Assembly: GCA_965240325.2 (NCBI GenBank)
Contig: OZ251230.1
Coordinates: 1,860,001 to 1,924,000, forward strand
Reading direction: 5' to 3'
Length of the DNA stretch: 64,000 nt
Source of the DNA: Rebecca billardiae RCC1528
Lineage: Eukaryota > Protista > Haptophyta
The notes under the pieces were generated by a model. That model saw nothing but the letters and a program-made list of their open reading frames with translations. It was not told where the DNA came from and did no database searches. Position 1 is the first letter of the stretch; each line of letters begins with the position of its first letter. The position numbers were made by a program, and so were the translations under genes. Shown one piece after another: positions 20,884-30,350 of the stretch.

Positions 20884-22437
20884 TCATGAGGCTTCTGGGA
20901 CGAGTGAAGCCATGTGTGCGAAGAGATGGTTGGCGATAGTCATGTGCACTTCGCGCCTGGCGTACCAACCGTGCATCCGGGCAATGTCGGCCGGCCGGTG
21001 TTTCTGGCACTCTTTCGCACCTTTGCCACGCGGCAGCATGCCGGGAGGCAGCTTCTTGCCCGTCGTCATCGCCATGGGCGACGCGCCCTTCTCCAGCAGC
21101 GCCTTGACCACCTCCAGCCGCTGGTCGTCGTCCGAGCGATCATTCCACGCGCACGCCCAATGGAGCGCGCTGAGGCCATCACAGTCCTGAGCGTTCGGGT
21201 CCGCGCCGGCCGCGAGCAGCGCGCGCACCGTGGCGACGCGGCCCCAGTGCGCGGCCCTTGTGAGCGCCGTCGCCTCGTTGCACTCGAACATCGCGTGATT
21301 CACGTCCACTGCCGAGCAACCGAGCAGCGCGTCCACCGCGCCCACGTACTCCCCCTTGTTTAATTGGATCGCCAGATAGAGGGGCGTACCCACGTGCTTG
21401 AACTCGTAGTTGGGGAAGGTGGCGTCGTCGCACGGGCAGGAGCGCAGGAAGTCCAGCAAGCTCTGCGTCAGCCCCTTGTCCTCGCAGTGCTTCGACTCGC
21501 GCCGGATCGCGAGTTCCAGCAGCTCCGCCAACTGCTGGCGCGTGAGCTTGGCCGCGCTCGTGCCGGCGGCGGCGAGGCCATCGGCCACCGTTTGCAAGGC
21601 TGCCGGGCGATCCTTCCCGGGGGTGTCCCTGATGGCGACCTTGAGCTGCTCGTAAAATTGTGAAATGGGATCTCCCCGCGCACGCTTCTGCGACGGGCCC
21701 GCGCTCTGAGCCGCCCGCGCCTGGCCCGCCCGCGCCGCCGGCGCGCGCTGGGCGTCGGCGCGCGGCTGGGGCTCATCTTCCCGCGCACGCTTCTGCGACG
21801 GGCCCGCGCTCTGAGCCGCCCGCGCCGAGCCCGCCCGCGCCGCCGGCGCGCGCTGGGCGTCGGCGCGCGGCTGCGGCTCAGCGGCGCGCGACGCGCGCTC
21901 GGGCGGAGTGGGCGGGACGTGAAAGGGCGCGGCTGGGCTGGGGTCGACGGCTTGCACCCTGGCCGTAGTGCGAAGCAGCCCGTCGCCACGAGCGTCGCCG
22001 TCGAGCCGTGCGGGCGAGGTGTACGCACCCGCGGCGGGTGGCGCCGTCGGCCCGACCGCAGCATCCGCCCGCGATGCGCCGTGCCATGCGCAGTCAAGCG
22101 GTGCGGTCGAGACGCGGGTGGCATCAGCTGAATCCAGTTCGACCACCTGGGCCTCGCTCTCGTTCTGCATGCCGGCCGTGTCCTCCCCTGTCTGCTGCCT
22201 CAGCAGCGCGTCGGCTTCCGCCTGCGCCGCCTCCAGGTTGGTCGCGGCGTCAAACCTCGCCTTGGCGAGCAGCTTGCCTGCCTTGAGCCGCGTGGACAGG
22301 TCCGAGGTCGAGCGCATCTTGGTCTGGGCCATGACTTCGCCGACGCTCTCGAGCTCGAGACTGTCCCCGAGCAGGCTCTTCACCAGCTCCAGCGCGAGCC
22401 ACGCCTGCTCGTTCACGTCACGCAGAGCCGACGACAT
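20884..22437 (-). CDS. Ankyrin-repeat protein with N-terminal coiled coil and 35-aa tandem duplication
   Basis: GTPLYLAI, TALTRAAHWGRVATVRALLAAGADPNAQDCDGLSALHWAC, VVKALLEKGASP. 105-bp-period tandem repeat at 21676-21879. Confidence 0.85.
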   Translation of the reverse strand: MSSALRDVNEQAWLALELVKSLLGDSLELESVGEVMAQTKMRSTSDLSTRLKAGKLLAKARFDAATNLEAAQAEADALLRQQTGEDTAGMQNESEAQVVELDSADATRVSTAPLDCAWHGASRADAAVGPTAPPAAGAYTSPARLDGDARGDGLLRTTARVQAVDPSPAAPFHVPPTPPERASRAAEPQPRADAQRAPAARAGSARAAQSAGPSQKRAREDEPQPRADAQRAPAARAGQARAAQSAGPSQKRARGDPISQFYEQLKVAIRDTPGKDRPAALQTVADGLAAAGTSAAKLTRQQLAELLELAIRRESKHCEDKGLTQSLLDFLRSCPCDDATFPNYEFKHVGTPLYLAIQLNKGEYVGAVDALLGCSAVDVNHAMFECNEATALTRAAHWGRVATVRALLAAGADPNAQDCDGLSALHWACAWNDRSDDDQRLEVVKALLEKGASPMAMTTGKKLPPGMLPRGKGAKECQKHRPADIARMHGWYARREVHMTIANHLFAHMASLVPEAS

Positions 22438-24281
22438 GATGATGACCGCGAACGGGACGACTGCGCCACAGCGCGAGGCCGCGAGCGCGCCCGGCCACGG
22501 CCAGGCGGAGCCAGGATCGGGCGTGGCGGCCGCGAGTCTGACTCGCGCCGCGCCGCTTGCGCAGGCTGATGCGCAGCCCTCACGGCGCGCACGCCCCCGC
22601 GCGCCGGCCAGATGGCACCCGGCGACACGGAGAAGCATCTCCGCCCCTCGTCTCTCTCCGCCGCGCAGGCCTGTTGCATTTCACCTGGCTCGGCCCGCGC
22701 TGCACGCACCCGCGCCCTAGATGCGGCGCGCGCGTGGCCCATGCAGGGCGAATTTCGAGCTGCTCTTGAGCTTGGCAAGTCGGGTCATACGCGAGTATCT
22801 GCTGCAAGCGTGCTCGTTCGTGCGCGCGGCGAGTCGCCGGCGCTGGGTGAGCTAGTGAAGCCGAAACAGTGCATCAAGTCAGCTGCCATCCAGACCGCAT
22901 GGATGCGCTAAGTTGCGTTGGCGCGCTGCCTACTGATCGGTCACGTTGGCGCGTCGACATGGACAGCTTATACAGCCTAGATGCTACGCTCATAGCAGTC
23001 GTCGATCGCGAGCGTGCGTGCGCTAGCCTGCGCTGAGGCGCCGATCGGCGCACGCGCTTGCAAGTCATCAGACTTGCTGCTGCGGCGCGCCCACCGGCCC
23101 ATGGATCTGACCGCAGAGGCGGCCGCAGACCGGTGGAGTGTGGCCGTGCGTTCGCTCATGAGCTGATAGCGGCAGTTGTCGATGGCGACGGGGCGGGCGC
23201 TTGTGCACGAGGCTCGTCGTGGCCTGCTTCCTCGGCGAGCGTGCACTTCGTGACAACGTGCGTGATGAAAATCGACTGGCCGCGAGCCTTGGCTTGGCAA
23301 CCTGCGCGTCCGCCTGACGCACCGCCGCCGGCGGCTGAGGCGCGTCAGCGGCTGCGCGCGGCGGCACGTGCTGCTCGAGCTCATGCACCTTGGCTGGGAA
23401 GCTCGCGCTCATGTCGCAGAGGGCTGCTGGCGATCGGGGCGAGCCTCGGGGCGCGCTCGGCGCATCGCGCAGCCGCAGCTCTGAGCTCAGTGGCCGGCCA
23501 CCTTGTCATGCGCGAGCAGGTGCGGCGCGGCGGTGAGCAAGGCGTCGGCCGTCATCTATGGTACCAGTGACAGCCGCGGGCGACTATCAGAATTATGCGC
23601 CCATGCACGCGCTGTGCTGCGGTCAGCTGCAACCCGCTGAGTCGTCTGTGTTGAGTCTGGGCGGCAGTCAGCGGATGATGATGAATCAGGAAATCATGAA
23701 CGCCGAAGGGAGTCGGCGCCGATTCATTCTTCGTTCAGTGGCTCAGTCATCGACGTACATCGTCAGTAAGCTACTACTGCTTCGTCCGACGACTACGACT
23801 ACTCGTCAAAGATTATATATATTCGGTTATTGTACTACTCGATGACTACGAGATCTCCCATGCAGCCAGTAGCTAGTTTTATTCGCGGTAGCTACGTATC
23901 CGGCATGCATCAGCCATCATCATTGTGCATGCATCAGCCATCATCATCGTCGGAGCTGACTTGCATGCTACCCAAAATGCGCGCAGCAGGGCTGCTAAAG
24001 CTGTGCACAGGAATAAGCGTGGGAGGTAGACTCTGGTGACCCTGCTGGCAATATAGTAATATACCTAGATTTTAGGCGGTCATACGCTTGCGCATGCCAC
24101 GCGCCCGGCAGTACCGAGTACGGTCTCATTGTCCGCCGTGAGCACACGATCTCGTACACGTCGAGGTGACGACCGCCGGGCGAGATGACGGACTTAGCGT
24201 CCCACTATCTCAGGGTCGCCGTTCACGAGGAGGGGATCCAACTGGGGCAGAAATGGCAGCGCGGCGCTCGCTTGTCCCTCG

Positions 24282-25076
24282 TCAGGCTGCGCGCTCATCC
24301 GCGCCGCAGCTTGGCGCGGCGCGCCTCCCGCCGTCAGCTCGCAGGGCAGCAGCGGCCACAACTCGAAACGGGCTGGGGTCGGTGACATGCGATCTCCCCG
24401 AGCCGGCAGGGGCGCGTCGCGACTCCCACTGGGACTCGCAACGCACCCCGCTGACCCAATCTTGAGGGATTGCACCAAGCCGCCAAGCCGCCGGCGCGCC
24501 CTGGGCGTCGGCAAGCGGCTTCTGCTCAGCGGCGCCCGCCGTGCGCTCGGGCGGTGTGGGTGGGACGTGAAAGGGCGCGGCTGGGCTGGGGTCGACAGCC
24601 TGCACCCTGGTCGAAGTGCGAAGCAGCCAGTCGTCACGGACGTCGGCGTCGAGCCGTGCGGGCGAGGTGTATGCACCCGCAGCGGGTGGCGCCGGCGGCC
24701 CGACGTGCGATGCGCCGTGCCACGCGCGGTCAAGCGGTGCGGTCGAGACGACGGTGGCTCCTGCTGAATCCAGGTCGTTCATCTGGGCCTCGCTCTCGTA
24801 CTGCATGCCGGCCGTGTCCTCGCCTGCCTGCTGCGTCAGCAGCGCGTCGGCTTCCGCCTGCGCCGCCTCCAGGCGGGTCGCCGCGTCAAACCTCGCCATG
24901 GCGAGCAGCTTGCCTGCCTTGAGCCGCGTGGACAGGTCCGAGGTCGAGCGCATCTTGGTCTGGGCCATGACTTCGCCGACGCTCTCGAGCTCGAGACTGT
25001 CCCCGAGCAGGCTCTTCACCAGCTCCAGCGCGAGCCACGCCTGCTCGTTCACGTCACGCAGAGATGACGACGACAT
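24282..25076 (-). pseudogene. Truncated duplicate of the ankyrin gene N-terminal half
   Basis: ~24489-25079 is a close copy of ~21840-22440 (LRDVNEQAWLALELVKSLLGDSLELESVGEVMAQTKMRSTSDLSTRL). There are no ankyrin repeats and the tail is unrelated. Confidence 0.7.
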
Positions 25077-25211
25077 GATTATGCCCAGCATTGTCGTCAC
25101 AACTGCCCCGGCCGGCCGTCACCGGCCGTCACTCCGTCTGAGACGGCGCAATCTCTTTTGGTCACCCTTCACATCGATCGATGGCCTCCTCAGGCTCCTG
25201 ACGGCGCGCCG

Positions 25212-26546
25212 ATGCTGAGCAGCCTGTTGATATGCTGCTCGGCGCTCGGCGCGTTGGTCCCGCCGCCCACGCTCGGGCCGCGAGCTCCGCGCCTGCTCGG
25301 CCCACTGCCGCCATCGCCGGCTGCACATGCCCCTTTCGTGGCGAGAGTTGCGACTCGCGCGCTGCCGCTCGCCGCCGCGCGGCCCTCGCCAGCCGGTGGC
25401 CATGCAAAGGGCCGCAAGGCGGCGGTCGAGCGGCGCGCGGAGGAGCAGCTTCGAAAGCAGGCCGTCTTCGACGCCGGGCTCGCGGAGGCAGCTGGCCTGC
25501 TCTTCCGACCCACGCCCGAGGGCAGCGCGATGCGACGCGTCGCCGTCACACTCAGCTCGCCTGAGCTGTGCGAGAAGAAGCTCGCCAAGGTGTGGGCGAC
25601 GCACGCGCGGATGTGGGGCCCGCCAGCAGGCCGGGCGGCGGCGCGGGCGCAGGTCTTCCGCGTCGCGCGCGAGTCCCTCGCCGCGACGCTGTGCATCGCG
25701 CGCGCGGTCGGGCTCGCCGCGTGCCGGGCGGTCAGGGACCGATGTGTTGATCTGTGCCTCTGGCTGTGCTCGCCGCTGCTCGGGCTGCGCCGCCGGCTGC
25801 GCGGCGCGGCGAGCGGGCTGGCGAGCGAGCACGACGCCGACGCCGCCGCGCCGGACGAGCCGCCCGCCGAAGCCCGCCCCGCCGGCCGCGGGCTGCGCGG
25901 CGTGAAGCGGCGGTGGCAGATTGCAGAGGTGTTGGTCACGACGCACCTCAAGCAGTTTTGGGACTCGCCGAATGGCCTCCTCGCGCTCCTGTGCCTGTGC
26001 GCGATGAGCTGGTTCGTGCTCTTCGAGGCGGCGTGGGCGGAGCTCACGCTCTTCGTCGCCGCGCGCATCTACGGCACGCCGCCGCCGCCGCCCGACCCGC
26101 TCGAGGGCCACCCGCTGCAGCAGTGGCTGCGCGACCGGCGGGCGGAGCTCCGGGGGCTGCCGCTGCCGCCGGCGTTTGGCGGCGCGGGGCCGGGGCACCA
26201 CGGCCTGGCCGAGCCGCTGCCTGAGTGGCTCGCGTGGCTGCCCCACAGCGAACCCGGCGCGCACCAGACGCGGACGGCGGGGCGCGCGGCGAGCAGCGCG
26301 CAGCACGCGCGCAAGGGCATCGCTGTCGCGCCGCCATCCGCGCACGTGCGGCCCGCGCCGTCGCACCGCGACGAGCTCGAGCCAGGCGGCGCGGCTGACG
26401 ATGCTGCGCTATCAGCGACGTCGCGCAGGCGCCGGCTGCCGCTGCTCGCGCGGCTGACGAGGCGACGAGGAGCCGCGGACGCTGCCGTGAGTGCGCGGTC
26501 GTCGGACACGCAGCAGGCCGGTCCTAGCGGCTCTGCGCCCAGCTAG
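25212..26546 (+). CDS. Hypothetical protein with signal peptide (possibly plastid-targeted) and TM segment
   Basis: MLSSLLICCSALGALVPP start, long ORF with host-like GC3 and hydrophobic LLALLCLCAMSWFVLF. Confidence 0.6.
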   Translation: MLSSLLICCSALGALVPPPTLGPRAPRLLGPLPPSPAAHAPFVARVATRALPLAAARPSPAGGHAKGRKAAVERRAEEQLRKQAVFDAGLAEAAGLLFRPTPEGSAMRRVAVTLSSPELCEKKLAKVWATHARMWGPPAGRAAARAQVFRVARESLAATLCIARAVGLAACRAVRDRCVDLCLWLCSPLLGLRRRLRGAASGLASEHDADAAAPDEPPAEARPAGRGLRGVKRRWQIAEVLVTTHLKQFWDSPNGLLALLCLCAMSWFVLFEAAWAELTLFVAARIYGTPPPPPDPLEGHPLQQWLRDRRAELRGLPLPPAFGGAGPGHHGLAEPLPEWLAWLPHSEPGAHQTRTAGRAASSAQHARKGIAVAPPSAHVRPAPSHRDELEPGGAADDAALSATSRRRRLPLLARLTRRRGAADAAVSARSSDTQQAGPSGSAPS

Positions 26547-26713
26547 AGCACATGCCTTGGCAGCCAAGGGCGGTACCTGACGCCCTTGCCTTGGCTTCGC
26601 CGGCCCGGAGGCGGCGAGTTGCGGAGAGCGGAGTGCCTGCCGCCCGCTGTGGCCCAACGAGTCACTTGACGATTGTGGGCCGCAGCCTCACTGCCTGTGC
26701 GGCTGCCTGCCGT

Positions 26714-26808
26714 CATCACCCCATCTGCATTCTGCTGCTGGGGTGATGCGGAGTGCCGACACAGTCACACTGACAATGATGAACAGTGTGACTGTGTCGG
26801 CACTCCGC
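26714..26808. repeat. Two adjacent perfect hairpins (10-bp and 25-bp arms)
   Basis: CATCACCCCA/TGGGGTGATG (26714-26748). GCGGAGTGCCGACACAGTCACACTG (26748-26772) is inverted at 26784-26808. Confidence 0.9.
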
Positions 26809-26848
26809 GCGACAGCGTTCGTCTTTTGACGATGGCGGAATCTGCATA

Positions 26849-29034
26849 CAGGCTGGTCTCACCAAGAACTTCCCGAGCGCTGCCGACGTGTCCGCGCTCG
26901 CGGCGGGCGAGCACGGGGAATCGGCTGAGTACGATCGCTCGCATCGTGGGTCTAGTCCCCGACAAAATTGTCCGCGGAGCCGCGCGCGTCGCTCACCTCG
27001 TGCCCGGCGCTCCGCCGCGGAGGCGCCGTCACAGTGGTTTTCACAGTGGGCCGAGCAGTCTGAAGTGGCGCTGAACTGAGGTTTCGTCGGGGTTTCCGCA
27101 GTCCGGCGGGCTTCTGCCGCTTCGGACGCCCAGGCGGCATCCATCACCACGAGGTCGGCCACGCGCGGACCTGGCCCGCGCGGAGGCGGAGCATGGCGCA
27201 CTGCTTGATGACTGCGCCCGCGCGAGCCGTTCCATGATCGCTGTGGTTACTGCCAAAGCCCCTGCCTCTGTTGGTGGGACCTCGCCAGATGCACTTGTCA
27301 CTTGCGCGCCGCTCGAACGGCTCCGAACGAACACGACGAGCACATTGCACTTCGTCGCAGTTGGCTCACTCGCAGCAGGTATTCGAATCTGTCGCAGTGG
27401 AAGCGGGGGGTGCGAGAGCCTACGTACGTCTGTCAAGGGCAGCCGCACGCTTCAACATTGCGAAGGAGTTCCGCCCTGAACAGTGCGGCGGCAAGGCGGG
27501 TTGAGTGTGCTCCAAGCAACATCGTCAGGCACTGATACAGGTGGGGAGGCGCAGGAAGGACGTTGCAACGAGCGCGATGAGGCCCACATACATCGACAGC
27601 ATGGGAGAGACGCGCTGTGGGACATGAAGACACCTGTCACTCATGCCAGGTCCCACGTTGACCCGCAACGCTCGGCGGCTTCTGCGGGCGAGAACAACGA
27701 CGCAATGTTTCAGTGCTACAGCGAGGGTGGGGATGAGGAGAGGGGCTTGGGGTACGGGCAACCGTGTGAACAACACCACTAGGGGTCGCACGGACCGAGA
27801 TCGCGCGCCGTTCATTTTTTGCAGGGGGGTGGGGGTTTGAATCTCGACATTACGGCGGGGCGGACAGAGGCGTGCGACCCCTCGTCGGAGAGCTCTCGAT
27901 GCGGCCGATTTAATGGCGCCATCGAGAATTCTGGAAACCCACGAGAACAAAGGCACGACTTCACGCTGGGGACCAGCCCGTCGCACCCCTTTATTTGACG
28001 CCCCGGCTCACCACCGGCCCAGTTTGTCGCCGGGTCACATAAGCGGAATTCGCGTATCCACTTACGCGCTCGATAGGACAAAAGCCGCTCGTCGTTCGGC
28101 GTTTTGCGTACTCACATTCGCGCGAATCGCATCGGCCCATTCGTCGTGTCGCGAGTTCACACTTCACATTCACACGATCCGTCACTTTCTCGCTAGACAT
28201 TTCACGAGCAGAGGGGCGCGCTGATATTGGCACGCGGGTATCATCTTGCATTGGACTACGAGCATCGGAGCAACCGCGCCTCGCATCGACCAAGGGCCGT
28301 GAAGGACGACAAGGCGGAGAGCCCACGCCATTCCAAGGGTCGCCCTTGCGATTGACGTCTCGTTCGGTCGCGCGACGAGCGGCTCGCGTGCGGCGCCAAG
28401 CGAGAGACGCGGGGCGCGCGGCGGGCGCACGCGCGAGGCTGCCCACCACGCGCACGCGCGCGACCCCGCCGGCTCGGGCGACACGCCGCCGCCTCAGCTC
28501 GAGCACGAGCGCGAGGCGTGGCGCCGGCTCGGTGGGCGGCGGACGGCTCGACCTGCACTGCGGTGCCAGCGGATGAAGCGGCAAGCCCGGCGGGCGCATA
28601 CGCGCAGGTCCGCCCTCCACGCGCGAGCGCGCGACTGCGTGTTCCACGAGCTGCAGCAGGCGGCCGCGGGCTGGTCGGCGGCCGGCGAGGTCGGCGGAGT
28701 GCCGCCCGGCCCGCGTTCTCGCTTGGGCGCGGGCCACACTCTCACTCACAGCGCGGGGCGTGGTGCTGCGGACGGGCCAGTCATTGCAGCGCGCACTCCG
28801 TGGTCAGACGTGCACACGCGCGCGCGTCGTCAGCCCCGCCGCTGCGCCCCTGTGGCGCCGTTGGCAGCGTCGGAATTCCGAGCTCGGGCTACCGGCCCGG
28901 CGTGCCATCATGCGTTTCAGAAACAGGTTTCCAGCCCAAGTTGACGCGCAGCGCCAACCCATATTTTCCGCAGACGCAGTGGGACTGAAAAAAAAAATCC
29001 AAAGCCTCGGGAAGTTCTTGGTGAGACCAGCCTG
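26849..29034. mobile_element. Non-autonomous TIR DNA transposon, Tc1/mariner-like ends (TA-flanked)
   Basis: 29-bp perfect TIR CAGGCTGGTCTCACCAAGAACTTCCCGAG at both ends, with TA at 26847-48 and 29035-36. No recognisable transposase ORF. Confidence 0.88.
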
Positions 29035-29035
29035 T

Positions 29036-30139
29036 ATGACCACGCCGATCGGCTCGAGCGCCCGCGGCGTCTTCATCAGACTCGCGGTCGCATCGGCGTG
29101 GCTGCTCGCGGCGGGTACCAGGGCAGGATCCCCACCGCAGCCGCTGCGCGACGCAGACGCGAGCGACGCGCCCACGGCAAAGCCGCCCATCGCCGTCGCC
29201 GCCGACGGCCCGGGAGCGGCGTACCGCGCCGCCGACCCGCGGCTCGACGCTGCGTGCCGCGCGGCGCACGGCGCGGCACCGGCGCCGGCGGGCGGCGTGT
29301 TGGCCGTGCGCACGGTGGAGGACGCCTTCGTCTCGGACGCCGCACAGCTCGCGCGCCTTCGCGGGACCTTCTTCCGGCCGTACGGCCGGCTGCTCAACAC
29401 GACGGGTGCGCTCGGCTCCGCCCTGTTCGTCGAGGTGCCCAAGGCGGGCTCGTCCACGTTCAAGAAGGCACTGGGCATGTACGAATGGACCAAGAGCGAG
29501 AAGAAGGTCCCCGAGAGGCACCGCGCCGAGGTGCTGCGCCTCGCGGCGGAGAACCGCTCGGTGCCCGCGTTTGCGATCGTGCGCGAGCCGCTCGCGCGCG
29601 CGCTGTCGGCGTTTGGAGAGGTGCGCACGCGCGCGGGCAAGGTGTGCGACTGGCTGGGGCCGCGGAACAAGTGGCGCTGGGCCGCGGTGTGCGAGCAGCC
29701 TTGGATCGACGCGCCAAACATGAGCTTGGCGCTCGCCGGCTACACGGACTGGCTCACGCACGGCGGCCTGGCGCGCGCCGCTGCCGCGCGCGGGCTCCTC
29801 TTCCACTGGAAGGTGGCATTGATGCACGCATTCTCACAGACCTTCTTCCTCTCGCTGTGCCCGTGGGCGCTGGCGGCGGTGGTGCGCCTGGAGTCGCTCG
29901 AGTCGGGCGTGCGCGCCTTCGAGGCGCAGCACGGCCAGCTGCTCCGCTTGCGCAAGGGCGGCTCGCCCAGACCCCGGCTGCAGCTGAACAGCAAAAGGCG
30001 AACGCACAACGTCGACCACGGCGGGGTCGTGCGCACGCTCGGGCAGGGCGGACGCTCGGCGGACCGGGCGATCCTGCGGCGGCTCGAAGAGTACTACCGG
30101 CAGGACTATGTGTGCCTTGGCTACGCGAGGACAGCATAG
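29036..30139 (+). CDS. Carbohydrate sulfotransferase (Sulfotransfer_2 / CHST-like)
   Basis: FVEVPKAGSSTF (5'-PSB), FAIVREPLARALSAF (3'-PB), HAFSQ, YYRQDYVCLGY and an N-terminal signal anchor. Confidence 0.85.
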   Translation: MTTPIGSSARGVFIRLAVASAWLLAAGTRAGSPPQPLRDADASDAPTAKPPIAVAADGPGAAYRAADPRLDAACRAAHGAAPAPAGGVLAVRTVEDAFVSDAAQLARLRGTFFRPYGRLLNTTGALGSALFVEVPKAGSSTFKKALGMYEWTKSEKKVPERHRAEVLRLAAENRSVPAFAIVREPLARALSAFGEVRTRAGKVCDWLGPRNKWRWAAVCEQPWIDAPNMSLALAGYTDWLTHGGLARAAAARGLLFHWKVALMHAFSQTFFLSLCPWALAAVVRLESLESGVRAFEAQHGQLLRLRKGGSPRPRLQLNSKRRTHNVDHGGVVRTLGQGGRSADRAILRRLEEYYRQDYVCLGYARTA

Positions 30140-30350
30140 CGAAGCCGCGCGTGCCTGTCGAGAGACTGGTAAGACTACGCGCGATACTGTAGCGTGTAGG
30201 ACCGCCACTCACTGTGCAGCAATCCTGACCACCCGCCCGTCCGGCTGTGTGCCGGAAACCGTTTCAACGGTTTCTTCGCCCGACGACAAACCTCCCAAAC
30301 GAGTTTGGCAAGCAAGGCTCGAGTCTCACGACCAGGACCCACGCCCAAAA

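Noticed and set aside
22874-23570. Coding-like fragments between the ankyrin duplicates
   Set aside because: No consistent frame or recognisable domain.
27991-28749. Possible transposase remnant inside the TA-flanked element (HSADL / PPTSP vs SPDL)
   Set aside because: There is no DDE/D triad or surrounding similarity, so it is too weak to call.
28760-29035. N-terminal extension of the sulfotransferase in the ORF track
   Set aside because: It lies inside the transposon, including its TIR. The signal anchor follows the ATG at 29036.
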